Assembly: GCA_035529075.1 (NCBI GenBank)
Contig: DATKXK010000011.1
Coordinates: 64,295 to 128,294, forward strand
Direction of reading: 5' to 3'
DNA: 64,000 bases
From: Acidobacteriota bacterium
GTDB taxonomy: Bacteria > Zixibacteria > MSB-5A5 > GN15 > FEB-12
In this document: positions 25,408-34,905 of the stretch, one piece after another
Numbering within the stretch: the stretch's first letter is position 1
How the letters are laid out: each line of letters starts with the position of its first letter
Program-made: the position numbers and the translations under genes
Notes under the pieces: model-generated
Databases searched by the model: none
What the model saw: the letters and a program-made list of their open reading frames with translations, nothing else
What the model was told of the DNA's origin: nothing

Positions 25408-25989
25408 ATGAAGCGCGCCGCTTACGTGCTTCTTCTCGCCGGTCTCCTTGGTCCCCCGTTGCATGCCGATACTACCGACGTGACCGCACCCGCACTGTCC
25501 GACACGGTGATCTTTCAGCCGGTACGGGATACCAGCCGCGCGGTCCAGGTGGCCAACCCGTCTGACTTCGAAAAGCACCTGACGCAGAACCCGACGGCAG
25601 CGCTGTTCAAGTCCATGCTGGTTCCGGGCCTGGGGCAGATCGGCAACCGCCGCTGGGTCAAGGCGGCGGTGATCATCGGCCTGGAGACGTGGTTTATCGG
25701 TTCAGCCGTTCATTACGGCCGGCAGGCCGCCGACTTCCGTGACCAGTGGGAAAACGCAACCGGCCTTCAAACCCGGCGGATTCTCTACGATCTTTACGAG
25801 GACCGCCGCGACGAGCGCAACAAGTTCACGTGGTTTGCGGGTGTCACGATTTTCGTGTCCATGTTTGACGCTTACGTGGACGCCCATCTTTCGGGATCGC
25901 CCGGGGACCGGCGTAACGATCAGGTGGACTGGGACGTGGCGCCGGACGGCCGGGGCGGGGTCCGTGCGCTCGTGACTTATCCGTTCTAA
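25408..25989 (+). CDS. Membrane protein, DUF5683-like (family name from memory)
   Basis: Signal peptide, LVPGLGQIGNRRWVKA, FAGVTIFVSMFDAYVDAHL; starts 2 nt after the kinase stop. Confidence 0.6.
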   Translation: MKRAAYVLLLAGLLGPPLHADTTDVTAPALSDTVIFQPVRDTSRAVQVANPSDFEKHLTQNPTAALFKSMLVPGLGQIGNRRWVKAAVIIGLETWFIGSAVHYGRQAADFRDQWENATGLQTRRILYDLYEDRRDERNKFTWFAGVTIFVSMFDAYVDAHLSGSPGDRRNDQVDWDVAPDGRGGVRALVTYPF

Positions 25990-27431
25990 TCGCTCAGTAT
26001 GAAGTCTGTGACGTCCAGTTCGTAACGGGACGGATCTATCTGTCGGATAATCTTCCGGGCGGCGTGTTCTTCCTGTGACAGGTCCACCCACAGCGGCGTG
26101 TCAAGCAGACCCTGCCGGTCGCCCACCACCTTGACGTACGGGCGCGCCCTGTCCACCTCGTTGTTTGCCAGCACCAGCGCGATCTCATCGGTGTTCAGCA
26201 GGACGAGGGAACCGGCCGGGTAGATGCCGATAATGTCGTTGAACAGCTTCAGGAGGAAGGGGTCAAACTTGATTTTCATCTGGTAGCGCAGTTTCTTGAA
26301 TACGACGTCCGGGCTCAGCGCCTTCTTCAGATACACCCGACCGGAGGTAAGGGCGTCAAAGGAATCAACTACCGAGATGATCCTGGAGAAGAGGTTGGGC
26401 GGCCGTTTCTGGTAGTGCAGGACCGGGTAGCCGGTGAAATCGTTGTTGATGTGGTGTTCAAACGTGCCCCGCGCGGCCCGGGCCGTGTGGGCGTCGAGTT
26501 TCAGGTTGCGCAGCACCGTCTTGGCGCCGAGGATCGGGTGGTACTGCATCTGGATCCAATCGTCCTCGTCAAACGCTTCCGGTTTGCTGATCAGGTCCTT
26601 GGGTAGCCTGACCTTGCCGATGTCGTGGAAAAGAGCCGTGAATCCGAGCTGTGACAGGCGCGAGCGGTCCAGTCCCAGCTTGATGCCGAGCGTGAGAGCG
26701 TATACGGAGACGTTCGTCGAGTGCGCGTACGTGTAGTCGTCGAAGTCCTTGATGGCCGTGAGTTCGAGCAGCGATGATTCGTCCCGGGTGATGTGATCGA
26801 TCAGCGAGTGCACGACGCGCTTGGTCTTGGAGATATTGATATCGCGGTCTTCCATGGTGTTGACAACCACTTCCTGGACCACCGCCACGGCCCGGAAGAA
26901 CGTTTTGCGTGCCATGCTGCGAAAACGGCGCCGTATCTCCTCGGCCAGCAGCGGCTCCTCGTCGTCGATGTCTTTCGCCGAAAGCAGTTCAACGCACTCC
27001 AGCCCGTTCGACTTCAGCGTGGCCGACAGGGATTCCAGGTTCCCGGTCGTCGGCTTGACCGTCGCCATGTAAGTGAAAAAGCCGGCCACCTCGTCCTTGG
27101 TGATCTCCTGGAAAAAGGTGGCACCGCCTATGCCCAGCATTTTCCATTCGGCGACTACGCCGGCGGCTCCCGACGGCCCGGCATCGTCAAACCTGACCAG
27201 CCGGTTGTTTACGAAATACCGGCTGGCCACCCGTTTCACTGTCACGTCGCCTTCGGCTTCCGACAGGGATGCCAGCAGGCCATAGAAGTTGTCGAGCTGG
27301 TTGCGAAAAGCGGCGTTGTTCTCATCGATAATGCGGGCCGTTTTGTACAGCACGAAGAAGGCGTTTACCAGCCTTTCCTCGGCCTGGCCGGCCAGCAGGC
27401 GTCCGGCGATCTGACCGACGGCCTCAGTCAT
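25986..27431 (-). CDS. HD-GYP domain c-di-GMP phosphodiesterase-like protein
   Basis: HSTNV, LFHDIGK, HH.NNDFTGYP. Confidence 0.85.
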   Translation of the reverse strand: MTEAVGQIAGRLLAGQAEERLVNAFFVLYKTARIIDENNAAFRNQLDNFYGLLASLSEAEGDVTVKRVASRYFVNNRLVRFDDAGPSGAAGVVAEWKMLGIGGATFFQEITKDEVAGFFTYMATVKPTTGNLESLSATLKSNGLECVELLSAKDIDDEEPLLAEEIRRRFRSMARKTFFRAVAVVQEVVVNTMEDRDINISKTKRVVHSLIDHITRDESSLLELTAIKDFDDYTYAHSTNVSVYALTLGIKLGLDRSRLSQLGFTALFHDIGKVRLPKDLISKPEAFDEDDWIQMQYHPILGAKTVLRNLKLDAHTARAARGTFEHHINNDFTGYPVLHYQKRPPNLFSRIISVVDSFDALTSGRVYLKKALSPDVVFKKLRYQMKIKFDPFLLKLFNDIIGIYPAGSLVLLNTDEIALVLANNEVDRARPYVKVVGDRQGLLDTPLWVDLSQEEHAARKIIRQIDPSRYELDVTDFILSD

Positions 27432-29286
27432 CTTTTCCTCCGTAGATGAGTTCCCGGCGTCGCTTTAACGCCTGTACGGCCTGCCGTTTGATATCCGGTC
27501 GCCAGCTCGACGAGAGCTTCAGCAGGGCGCGCTCGCACCGCTCGCTTCGATTGTGGCTGAGGGCCTCAAAAGCCGCGGTCCGATAGGCCCTAAGGTTCCT
27601 GTCTCGTAACGGGTTGGGTTTCGTTATCAGGTGCATGAGATATTCCACCGCCCGGTCGCCCCCGAGCACGGAGTACGCATTGAGCACCCTCTGCTGGTCG
27701 GGACCCTCCAGTTCGCCGAACGAATCGTCGTTCAGTACGTCGGTGATGGCAACGAAAGCCGCCGGTCCGCGCCGGGCCACGATAGAGTTGACCGCCTCCT
27801 TGCGAACCTCCGGATCCTTGTCACGGGCGCCACGCTTGAGCAGTTCCAGGGCCTGCTCGTGGGTGCAGTCCAGCAGCGACGACACCAGCGCCAAGCGTAC
27901 TCGCCTGTCTTCGTGGTCGACGACGTTCTTCACCTGGTTAAGCGCCGGGCCGTCGCCGATCCGGCAAAGGATGATGACGGAATTGCGCACGACGAACCAC
28001 CGTTTGTCGAACAACCCCTTGGAGACGAGCTGCAGATTTTCGCGGCCTCGCTCAGCCAGGAAGTCGCACAGTGATTCTCGGTGATTCCGCTGTGTCAGTT
28101 CACCCAGCAGGTCAGTCAGACCGGCCAGGGCCTCCCAGTCGAAGAGGTTGAGATACCGGCGCAGGTCGGCCGCAGCGATATCAGGGAGTTGATTGAGCGC
28201 CTCGCACAGGATTTTCAGGCGGTCTCGACTGCCCGCCGTGATGCGGGCATCTTTCAGCCGCTCGGACCACAGGGGCTTGTCCGGACGGATGCGTTCTTCA
28301 AGTGATCGGAAGTAGCCCAGCACCCGCCCCGCGTACACGAGTCTTCCCGCTCGAATGAACTCGCTCATGACCTTCTCGGAGACCGTCACCGCCTCGTCGA
28401 AGCTGGCCATGTCTCCTTCCTGGTGCAGTAACTCCCTGAGCAATTCGGTGGTTGATTCGTATATGTCAAAATCGGCGTCGTCCCGGGCGATTTGCTGCAC
28501 CTGCAACTCTTCTTCCTCGGAAAGCCTCGACTCGTCCTCAAGTATCAGGGTTGTATCGGGAGTTGCACGCTGGTCCGACGGATCGAGATCGGCGAATCCC
28601 ATGGCATTGGCCGCCTCGACGGTCCTCAAGCCCTCACGGTCGCCCACTTGCTCGTCAAAGACCGTCCGCCCGGGACCGGTCGGAGGTCCGCCGTCGGCGT
28701 CCTCTTGCTCGGCCGGCCTGAAAATGGCCTCGTAGTTCTCGGTTCTCTCGCTCGCCATCTGCGAACCCTCGATACCGCCGGCCTCTCGATTGCTGAACAG
28801 TTCCTGGACTCTGAAGTCACCATCGTATTCGGACAGCGCCAGGTCCTCAACGGTCGTAAACGTAATCCCGGTCAGGCCGGCTTCCCAAAGCATGTTGACC
28901 AGGTCGCGGCTCCTGTTGGGCAGGTTGACGTAGTCTTTGATCACGTTCAGGAACAGGTGAATCTGCGGGGTGTCAAGGCCTTCGCGGAACGTCAGATCGG
29001 TGATACCGGTTTCGAAGAACAGGCCGGCCAGGCTCTCCTGCTTGGAGCGGTCGATGAACGCCGTCTCACCGTCGAGGGCCAGGCGGTCACGCTCTACGGT
29101 GATCCGTATACTGCCGCAGTCCTGGACCAGCGACTCGAGCTTCTCGGCAAACGTCCGTCGCATGCACTCGGGAAGCGGGTTCCCCTCCGGGTACATGGAG
29201 ACGACCTTGATCACTTTCAGGAGGTCTTTGAGGATCAGCCGGACGTCCTGAAGGCGCTGCTCTTCTGTTGCGACCGTCGTTGTCAT
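27424..29286 (-). CDS. HEAT-repeat protein, unknown function (start 29286 preferred over 29346)
   Basis: C-terminal HEAT-like repeats (DRRVRLALVSSL, DPEVRKEAVNSI). An 8-nt overlap with the HD-GYP start indicates an operon. Confidence 0.65.
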   Translation of the reverse strand: MTTTVATEEQRLQDVRLILKDLLKVIKVVSMYPEGNPLPECMRRTFAEKLESLVQDCGSIRITVERDRLALDGETAFIDRSKQESLAGLFFETGITDLTFREGLDTPQIHLFLNVIKDYVNLPNRSRDLVNMLWEAGLTGITFTTVEDLALSEYDGDFRVQELFSNREAGGIEGSQMASERTENYEAIFRPAEQEDADGGPPTGPGRTVFDEQVGDREGLRTVEAANAMGFADLDPSDQRATPDTTLILEDESRLSEEEELQVQQIARDDADFDIYESTTELLRELLHQEGDMASFDEAVTVSEKVMSEFIRAGRLVYAGRVLGYFRSLEERIRPDKPLWSERLKDARITAGSRDRLKILCEALNQLPDIAAADLRRYLNLFDWEALAGLTDLLGELTQRNHRESLCDFLAERGRENLQLVSKGLFDKRWFVVRNSVIILCRIGDGPALNQVKNVVDHEDRRVRLALVSSLLDCTHEQALELLKRGARDKDPEVRKEAVNSIVARRGPAAFVAITDVLNDDSFGELEGPDQQRVLNAYSVLGGDRAVEYLMHLITKPNPLRDRNLRAYRTAAFEALSHNRSERCERALLKLSSSWRPDIKRQAVQALKRRRELIYGGKDD

Positions 29287-29406
29287 ACTTCCAGCCTCTA
29301 AACAGCTTAGATCGGCAGGATGCCGCATCGTATTAACCGGGATCACGGCGAATGCAGAAACGGCCGGTCGCTCGCGACCGGCCGCCTGTGGAACGCGCGG
29401 GTTCCC

Positions 29407-30747
29407 TTAGAGCAGTTCGATTTTCTGGCGATGCCTGCGGACGTGTTTGGTGGCGTTGCGGGTGTCAAAGACGGCCCTGGCGTTATCCACGATCCACTGG
29501 TAGTCGTAGCCGCTGTGGTCGGTGACAACGACGACCAGATTGACTTTCTTGATCAGTTGAGCCGTCAGCCGGCTCGATTTCATGACGCCGTCGCGCCACG
29601 CAAAGTGCGGGACAAAAGGATCGTTGTAGTAGACCCGGCAGCCCTTGTCTTCGAGCAGCTTGATGACGTCCAGGGCCGGGGACTCGCGGATGTCCTTGAT
29701 GTCTCGCTTGTAGGCTACGCCGAGGATGAGCATGGCCGACTTGTTGAGCGCCCTGGCATGACGGCGGTTCATCATGGCACCGATCCGTTGGACCACCCAC
29801 TCGGGCATCTGGCTGTTGATGTCGCCGGCCAGCTCGATGAACCGGGCGTAGTAATTGAGCGACTTGAGCTTCCACGACAGGTAGTGCGGGTCGATCGGAA
29901 TGCAGTGGCCGCCCAGCCCCGGACCGGGGTAGAACGGCATGAAGCCGAACGGCTTGGTGGCGGCGGCGTCGATGATCTCCCACACGTCGATGCCCAGCCG
30001 ATTGCACATGACCGCCACCTCGTTGACGAGACCGATATTGACCGACCTGAACGTATTCTCCAGGAGTTTTACCATTTCCGCGGCCTGGGTCGACGAGACC
30101 GCGTGCACGTGCGGGATGGTCTTTTCATAGAAGGCCTTCGCGACCCGCGTGCAGTCGCGGGTGACGCCGCCGACTACGCGGGGAGTGTTACCGGTGGTGT
30201 ACTTCGCGTTCCCCGGGTCGACGCGTTCCGGTGAGAAAGCAAGGAAGAAATCGGCGCCGACCTTGAACCCCTTCCTGTCAATGAGCGGCAGGATCAGATC
30301 CTCGGTCGTGCCCGGATAGGTCGTGGACTCCAGTACCACGAGCGTTCCCTTCCGGATATACTTCTTTACCCAGTCCATGGCGGCCAGGATGAAGCTGACG
30401 TCGGGATCTTTGGTCTTGGACAGCGGGGTCGGAACACAGATGGAAATCGTATCCATCGTCGACAGCGCTTTCGGGTTGCCCGTGGCGAGAAAGCGTCCCG
30501 AGCGCACGGCCTCACGAACGCGTTCGTCGGGCACGTCGTCGATATCCGATTTCCCCGCGTTGAGTCGCTTGATTTTCTCGCTGCTGATGTCGAAGCCGGT
30601 CACTCGGAACCCGGCCTCGACCAGGGCCATCGACAGCGGCAGCCCCACGTAGCCCAGACCGATAACACCGGCCCTGGCTTTTCGATTCTTGATCTTCTCG
30701 AGCAGCGTATCAACAGCCCTGGGTTTCCTGTGGCGTGTTTCTGCCAT
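29407..30747 (-). CDS. Nucleotide-sugar (UDP-N-acetyl-hexosamine type) 6-dehydrogenase
   Basis: VIGLGYVGLPLS Rossmann motif, catalytic GGHCIP. The ATG at 30747 follows a GGGAGAGAAG RBS. Confidence 0.88.
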   Translation of the reverse strand: MAETRHRKPRAVDTLLEKIKNRKARAGVIGLGYVGLPLSMALVEAGFRVTGFDISSEKIKRLNAGKSDIDDVPDERVREAVRSGRFLATGNPKALSTMDTISICVPTPLSKTKDPDVSFILAAMDWVKKYIRKGTLVVLESTTYPGTTEDLILPLIDRKGFKVGADFFLAFSPERVDPGNAKYTTGNTPRVVGGVTRDCTRVAKAFYEKTIPHVHAVSSTQAAEMVKLLENTFRSVNIGLVNEVAVMCNRLGIDVWEIIDAAATKPFGFMPFYPGPGLGGHCIPIDPHYLSWKLKSLNYYARFIELAGDINSQMPEWVVQRIGAMMNRRHARALNKSAMLILGVAYKRDIKDIRESPALDVIKLLEDKGCRVYYNDPFVPHFAWRDGVMKSSRLTAQLIKKVNLVVVVTDHSGYDYQWIVDNARAVFDTRNATKHVRRHRQKIELL

Positions 30748-30772
30748 AAAACTTCTCTCCCGTGCGCGCCGA

Positions 30773-31741
30773 TTATGCTTTGCCGACCTTGCTCCGCCAG
30801 TACTCCAGCGTGTCACGCAACGTCGTTTTGAGTTTATATCGGATTTCAAAACCGACCGATTGAGCCGCCTTCCGGTTGCTGCCCCTCAGGACGGGGATTT
30901 CCGCCTTACGCAGCCGGGATTCGTCAACCTTGACGGTAACTTTGCCGGTCGAAAAAGACAACAGGGCATCCAGCATCTTCTGGATTGACACCGCCCTCCC
31001 GGAGCAGAGTTGGTATACCTCGCCCGGCCGGCCTTTGAGCGCGATCAGCCGATAGCCGCGGACTATGTCGCGGACGTCGGAGAAGTCTCTGCGCGCCGAG
31101 AGGTCCCCCACTTGCACCCGCGGTTTTTGCCTGCCCGCCTCGATCAGGGCCACCTGCCGGGCGAATGACGGGATGACAAACCGTTCCGTCTGTCGGGGCC
31201 CGCTGTGATTGAAGGAACGTGATATCACCGCCGGAAGCCTGTGCTGTCGGTAGTGGTATCGGACCGCATACTCGGCGGCAGCCTTGCTGATACCGTACGG
31301 CGAGATCGGGTTTAGAGGCTGATTCTCCGTAAGGGTCCGGTTCTTCGGAGAAAAGATGCCATAGCAATCGGCGGAACTTACGTACACAAACCTGTTGAGC
31401 CGATCGAGCTGTCCGGCCGCAGCGAGCATGTTCAGGGTGCCCCGAAAATTAACCTCGACAGTAAGCGCTTCCTGTTCGTAGGACCTGCCTACCGAAGCTA
31501 CCGCCGCCAGGTGAAAGACATACCCCGGTTTCAACTTCCGCAGCACCTTTTTGCACCTGTCACCATCGAGTATATCCAGGGGCACCAGCCGCAGGTCACT
31601 GCGGATGGCGGCGATATTGTCGGTAGGTTCGTCGTCGTAAATCGAGCCGGAAACGGTAAACCCGGAATTCAACAGTTCTTCGGCCAGGTATGAGCCGGCG
31701 AATCCGGCGATTCCGGTAATGAAGGCGTGCGGCTGGCTCAT
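30773..31741 (-). CDS. NAD-dependent epimerase/reductase, GDP-4-keto-6-deoxy-mannose reductase (Rmd)-like
   Basis: [19 protein letters not shown]; immediately downstream of gmd. Confidence 0.75.
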   Translation of the reverse strand: MSQPHAFITGIAGFAGSYLAEELLNSGFTVSGSIYDDEPTDNIAAIRSDLRLVPLDILDGDRCKKVLRKLKPGYVFHLAAVASVGRSYEQEALTVEVNFRGTLNMLAAAGQLDRLNRFVYVSSADCYGIFSPKNRTLTENQPLNPISPYGISKAAAEYAVRYHYRQHRLPAVISRSFNHSGPRQTERFVIPSFARQVALIEAGRQKPRVQVGDLSARRDFSDVRDIVRGYRLIALKGRPGEVYQLCSGRAVSIQKMLDALLSFSTGKVTVKVDESRLRKAEIPVLRGSNRKAAQSVGFEIRYKLKTTLRDTLEYWRSKVGKA

Positions 31742-31743
31742 CG

Positions 31744-32712
<969 letters not shown>

Positions 32713-32892
32713 TTATCCCTTTGCTCGATTTTTACTGGCTTATACACAAGTATCGGCCGTCTGCCCGGCATTCTCTCTTTCGGGCGCCGGGTCAGGCACG
32801 AATATACGGGCCCCGTTGCCGGAGGTCAAGCCGCCTGCGGCGGGGTCTCGTTCCCGATTGACTATGGCGGCCCCGTTGAATATGTTCAGAAC

Positions 32893-33891
32893 ATGAGAAG
32901 GGGAGGCGTGGTGTTTACCCGGATTGTGCCGATCATTGTGCTGCTGCCGCTCATGCTGACGGCCATTGAGGTCAGCCAAAGAGGAGCTCGTATGGATGCC
33001 GACCAACCGACCGCTGATTCGCTGCTATACAGCGCCGACGAAATCTTCCAGCAACGGGACTACGAGCAAGCCCTGCTTAAATACGAGGAAGCCCTCGGGC
33101 GGGCGCGTGAGGAGTTCAATCGATCCGTCGAAACAGAGACTCTGGCGCAGATGGCCCGGGTGAACCTGCTTCTGGGCAATATCGACGAGGGGAAGGAATG
33201 GCTCTCCAGGGCGGCCGAAAGGGCCAATGATAGCGATCCGATGGGTTGGTCGCGATATCTGGGCGTCAGGGGACGCTATGAGTGGAAGGCCGGCGACTTG
33301 GCCGCGGCGCGCAAAACTTTTGATGAGATGTTCGCCTACTGCAACACCAACGCCCTGTGGCCCCGGGCCGTCGATGCCGCCCATATGATAGCCATCGTCG
33401 CAAAGAATCCTGAGGAACAGATCGAATGGGGGCAAAGAGGGATTGAGGTTGCTGAGGCGGGCAGCGCCGAGCACCAGCTCGGCCCCCTGTGGAACAACCT
33501 CGGCAGCACTTACTACGATCTCAAGCAGTTCGACAGCGCCCTGTCCTGCTACCTGAAAGCGCGGGAATACCACTGGCAGTTCTCCGGTGAGGTCGAAAAG
33601 CTCTTCGCCGACTACCACGTCGGTATGTCTTACCGGCTGGCAGGCAATCCGGAAGAGGCGGAAAAGTGGTTGCGGCCGGTTCTGGCCTGGGCGGAACGCC
33701 TCGAACTGCATTCGGCGATCGGACAGGCCCTGGAAGACCTGGCGGAGATCCGGATCGCCCGCGGGCAGACCGCCGAGGGCCTTGAAATGCTGAAACGGGC
33801 CCGCCTGGAATACAAAGAGGCCGGGTTCGACCAGAGCTGGCCCGCCGTCTGGGACCACATCAACGAGCGCATCAAGCAACTCGGGGGTTGA
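32893..33891 (+). CDS. TPR-repeat protein with an N-terminal membrane anchor/signal
   Basis: ATG at 32893 gives MRRGGVVFTRIVPIIVLLPLML, then TPR-like repeats. The upstream part of the track ORF is antisense to gmd. Confidence 0.7.
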   Translation: MRRGGVVFTRIVPIIVLLPLMLTAIEVSQRGARMDADQPTADSLLYSADEIFQQRDYEQALLKYEEALGRAREEFNRSVETETLAQMARVNLLLGNIDEGKEWLSRAAERANDSDPMGWSRYLGVRGRYEWKAGDLAAARKTFDEMFAYCNTNALWPRAVDAAHMIAIVAKNPEEQIEWGQRGIEVAEAGSAEHQLGPLWNNLGSTYYDLKQFDSALSCYLKAREYHWQFSGEVEKLFADYHVGMSYRLAGNPEEAEKWLRPVLAWAERLELHSAIGQALEDLAEIRIARGQTAEGLEMLKRARLEYKEAGFDQSWPAVWDHINERIKQLGG

Positions 33892-34091
33892 AAACACCGG
33901 TCGGCTCACCGTCCGGGCGAATGACCGCACAGGAAACGCTTTCATTATTCCGGTGATAAACGGCGATGAATCTGATCCTTCGGCGGAGCGGCGTTGCTCG
34001 GGTGGCGGGTCAGTTTGGAAGTTGATATGCTGTTTCTTGACAGGTCGATTATGTAATGAATGGGGGCTGCGGGCGCGTACCACGCTCAACC

Positions 34092-34223
34092 CTACTTTTC
34101 AGCGGGTACTAGGAAACAGAAGCATTTGGCGTTCTTCGGATAAATCCGTTTGCCGCTACGTACAATGTAACGACAGAACACCAGCTTCATGCCACGTGGC
34201 ACTTTAATTGGCGTCTTCGCCAT
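34092..34223 (-). CDS. 43-aa basic small protein (not in ORF track)
   Basis: AAGGAGGAGGTG, 7 nt, then ATG. Translation: MAKTPIKVPRGMKLVFCRYIVRSGKRIYPKNAKCFCFLVPAEK. Confidence 0.45.
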   Translation of the reverse strand: MAKTPIKVPRGMKLVFCRYIVRSGKRIYPKNAKCFCFLVPAEK

Positions 34224-34709
34224 AGGCTCTCACCTCCTCCTTTGTTTAAACTCCGGCACCTCGTCCCTCGGTGGGAAGCCAAAAGCCCCTCACCGAGGGG
34301 AGGGCGGGAGTCTAAGCTGAAGGAGTGAAAGCCAAACGGGGCGCCGCATTGCGCCCAGCAGCCTCTCAGGAAATATAGTGGACATCTTGGGTGATGCAAG
34401 GTTATTCTCTGCCTGCTTCCTGCCTTCATAGCGCCAGTATGATATCTCCAATGCTCCAACGGTGTTTGGTCACGCCAGCACCCACATCGCCAGTAGGTCT
34501 TAGAATCACCCAAATCCCAGCAAGTTTGAATCACAGGAAATGCAGGACAACCGCATACCCAGCGTTTTCGATTGGTTTCGAAAACCGGTTGGTCAGGTGG
34601 TTAAATCGACGCATGCCCTTACGTGCCGCGAAGCGAGAAGCCCTTGAGTCGTCGCGCCTTTTTTCATAATTCTCTTGCCATAAGCAGCATAATGACCGAT
34701 ATTTGTTGT

Positions 34710-34781
34710 AGCGGGCGGCCGGACTCGAACCGGCATTTTCTGGATGGGAGTCCCAACGGTTTACCGTTAACCTACGCCCGC
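34710..34781 (-). tRNA. tRNA-Gly-like with a non-canonical anticodon loop (ACUCCCA)
   Basis: Acceptor GCGGGCG/CGCCCGC plus U73, D-arm GGTT-AACGGTA-AACC, T-arm GCCGG-TTCGAGT-CCGGC. Anticodon arm TTGGG-ACTCCCA-TCCAG reads TCC by position, with C33 and C37. Confidence 0.7.
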
Positions 34782-34788
34782 TCTGTAC

Positions 34789-34859
34789 TGGTGGAGCCGG
34801 CCGGGATTGAACCGGCGATTATCAGGTGCAAACCCTGAGATCGTCACCAGACCGGCCCC
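34789..34859 (-). tRNA. tRNA-Ala-like element (G3:U70, A73, encoded CCA) with an aberrant D region and loop GUUUGCA
   Basis: Acceptor GGGGCCG/CGGCTCC, T-arm GCCGG-TTCAATC-CCGGC, anticodon arm TCAGG-GTTTGCA-CCTGA. Only 12 nt lie where the D-arm should be. Confidence 0.55.
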
Positions 34860-34874
34860 ATGCACCACAAGTTA

Positions 34875-34901
34875 GGCTCAAGCTCTCCATGAGCTTGAGC
34901 C
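34875..34901 (-). terminator. Strong hairpin after the 34906 gene (no U-tract)
   Basis: GGCTCAAGCTC-atgga-GAGCTTGAGCC, 11-bp perfect stem, 4 nt after the stop codon. Confidence 0.5.
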
Positions 34902-34905
34902 TCGT

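Noticed and set aside
34197-34212. Other TGGCAC-containing sites as sigma-54 promoters (34197-34212 TGGCAC-TTTAA-TTGG; 43943-43958 TGGCAC-TCCCT-GGCA)
   Set aside because: The invariant GC of the -12 element is missing or mis-spaced, and no suitably oriented gene lies downstream.
34789-34859. tmRNA (ssrA), suggested by the GGGGCCG...CGGCUCCACCA ends with G3:U70
   Set aside because: Both acceptor strands lie within 71 nt. There is no pseudoknot or tag-ORF region between or beside them, and no ...ALAA-type tag reading frame. The order GGGG before CCA also does not fit a permuted two-piece gene.
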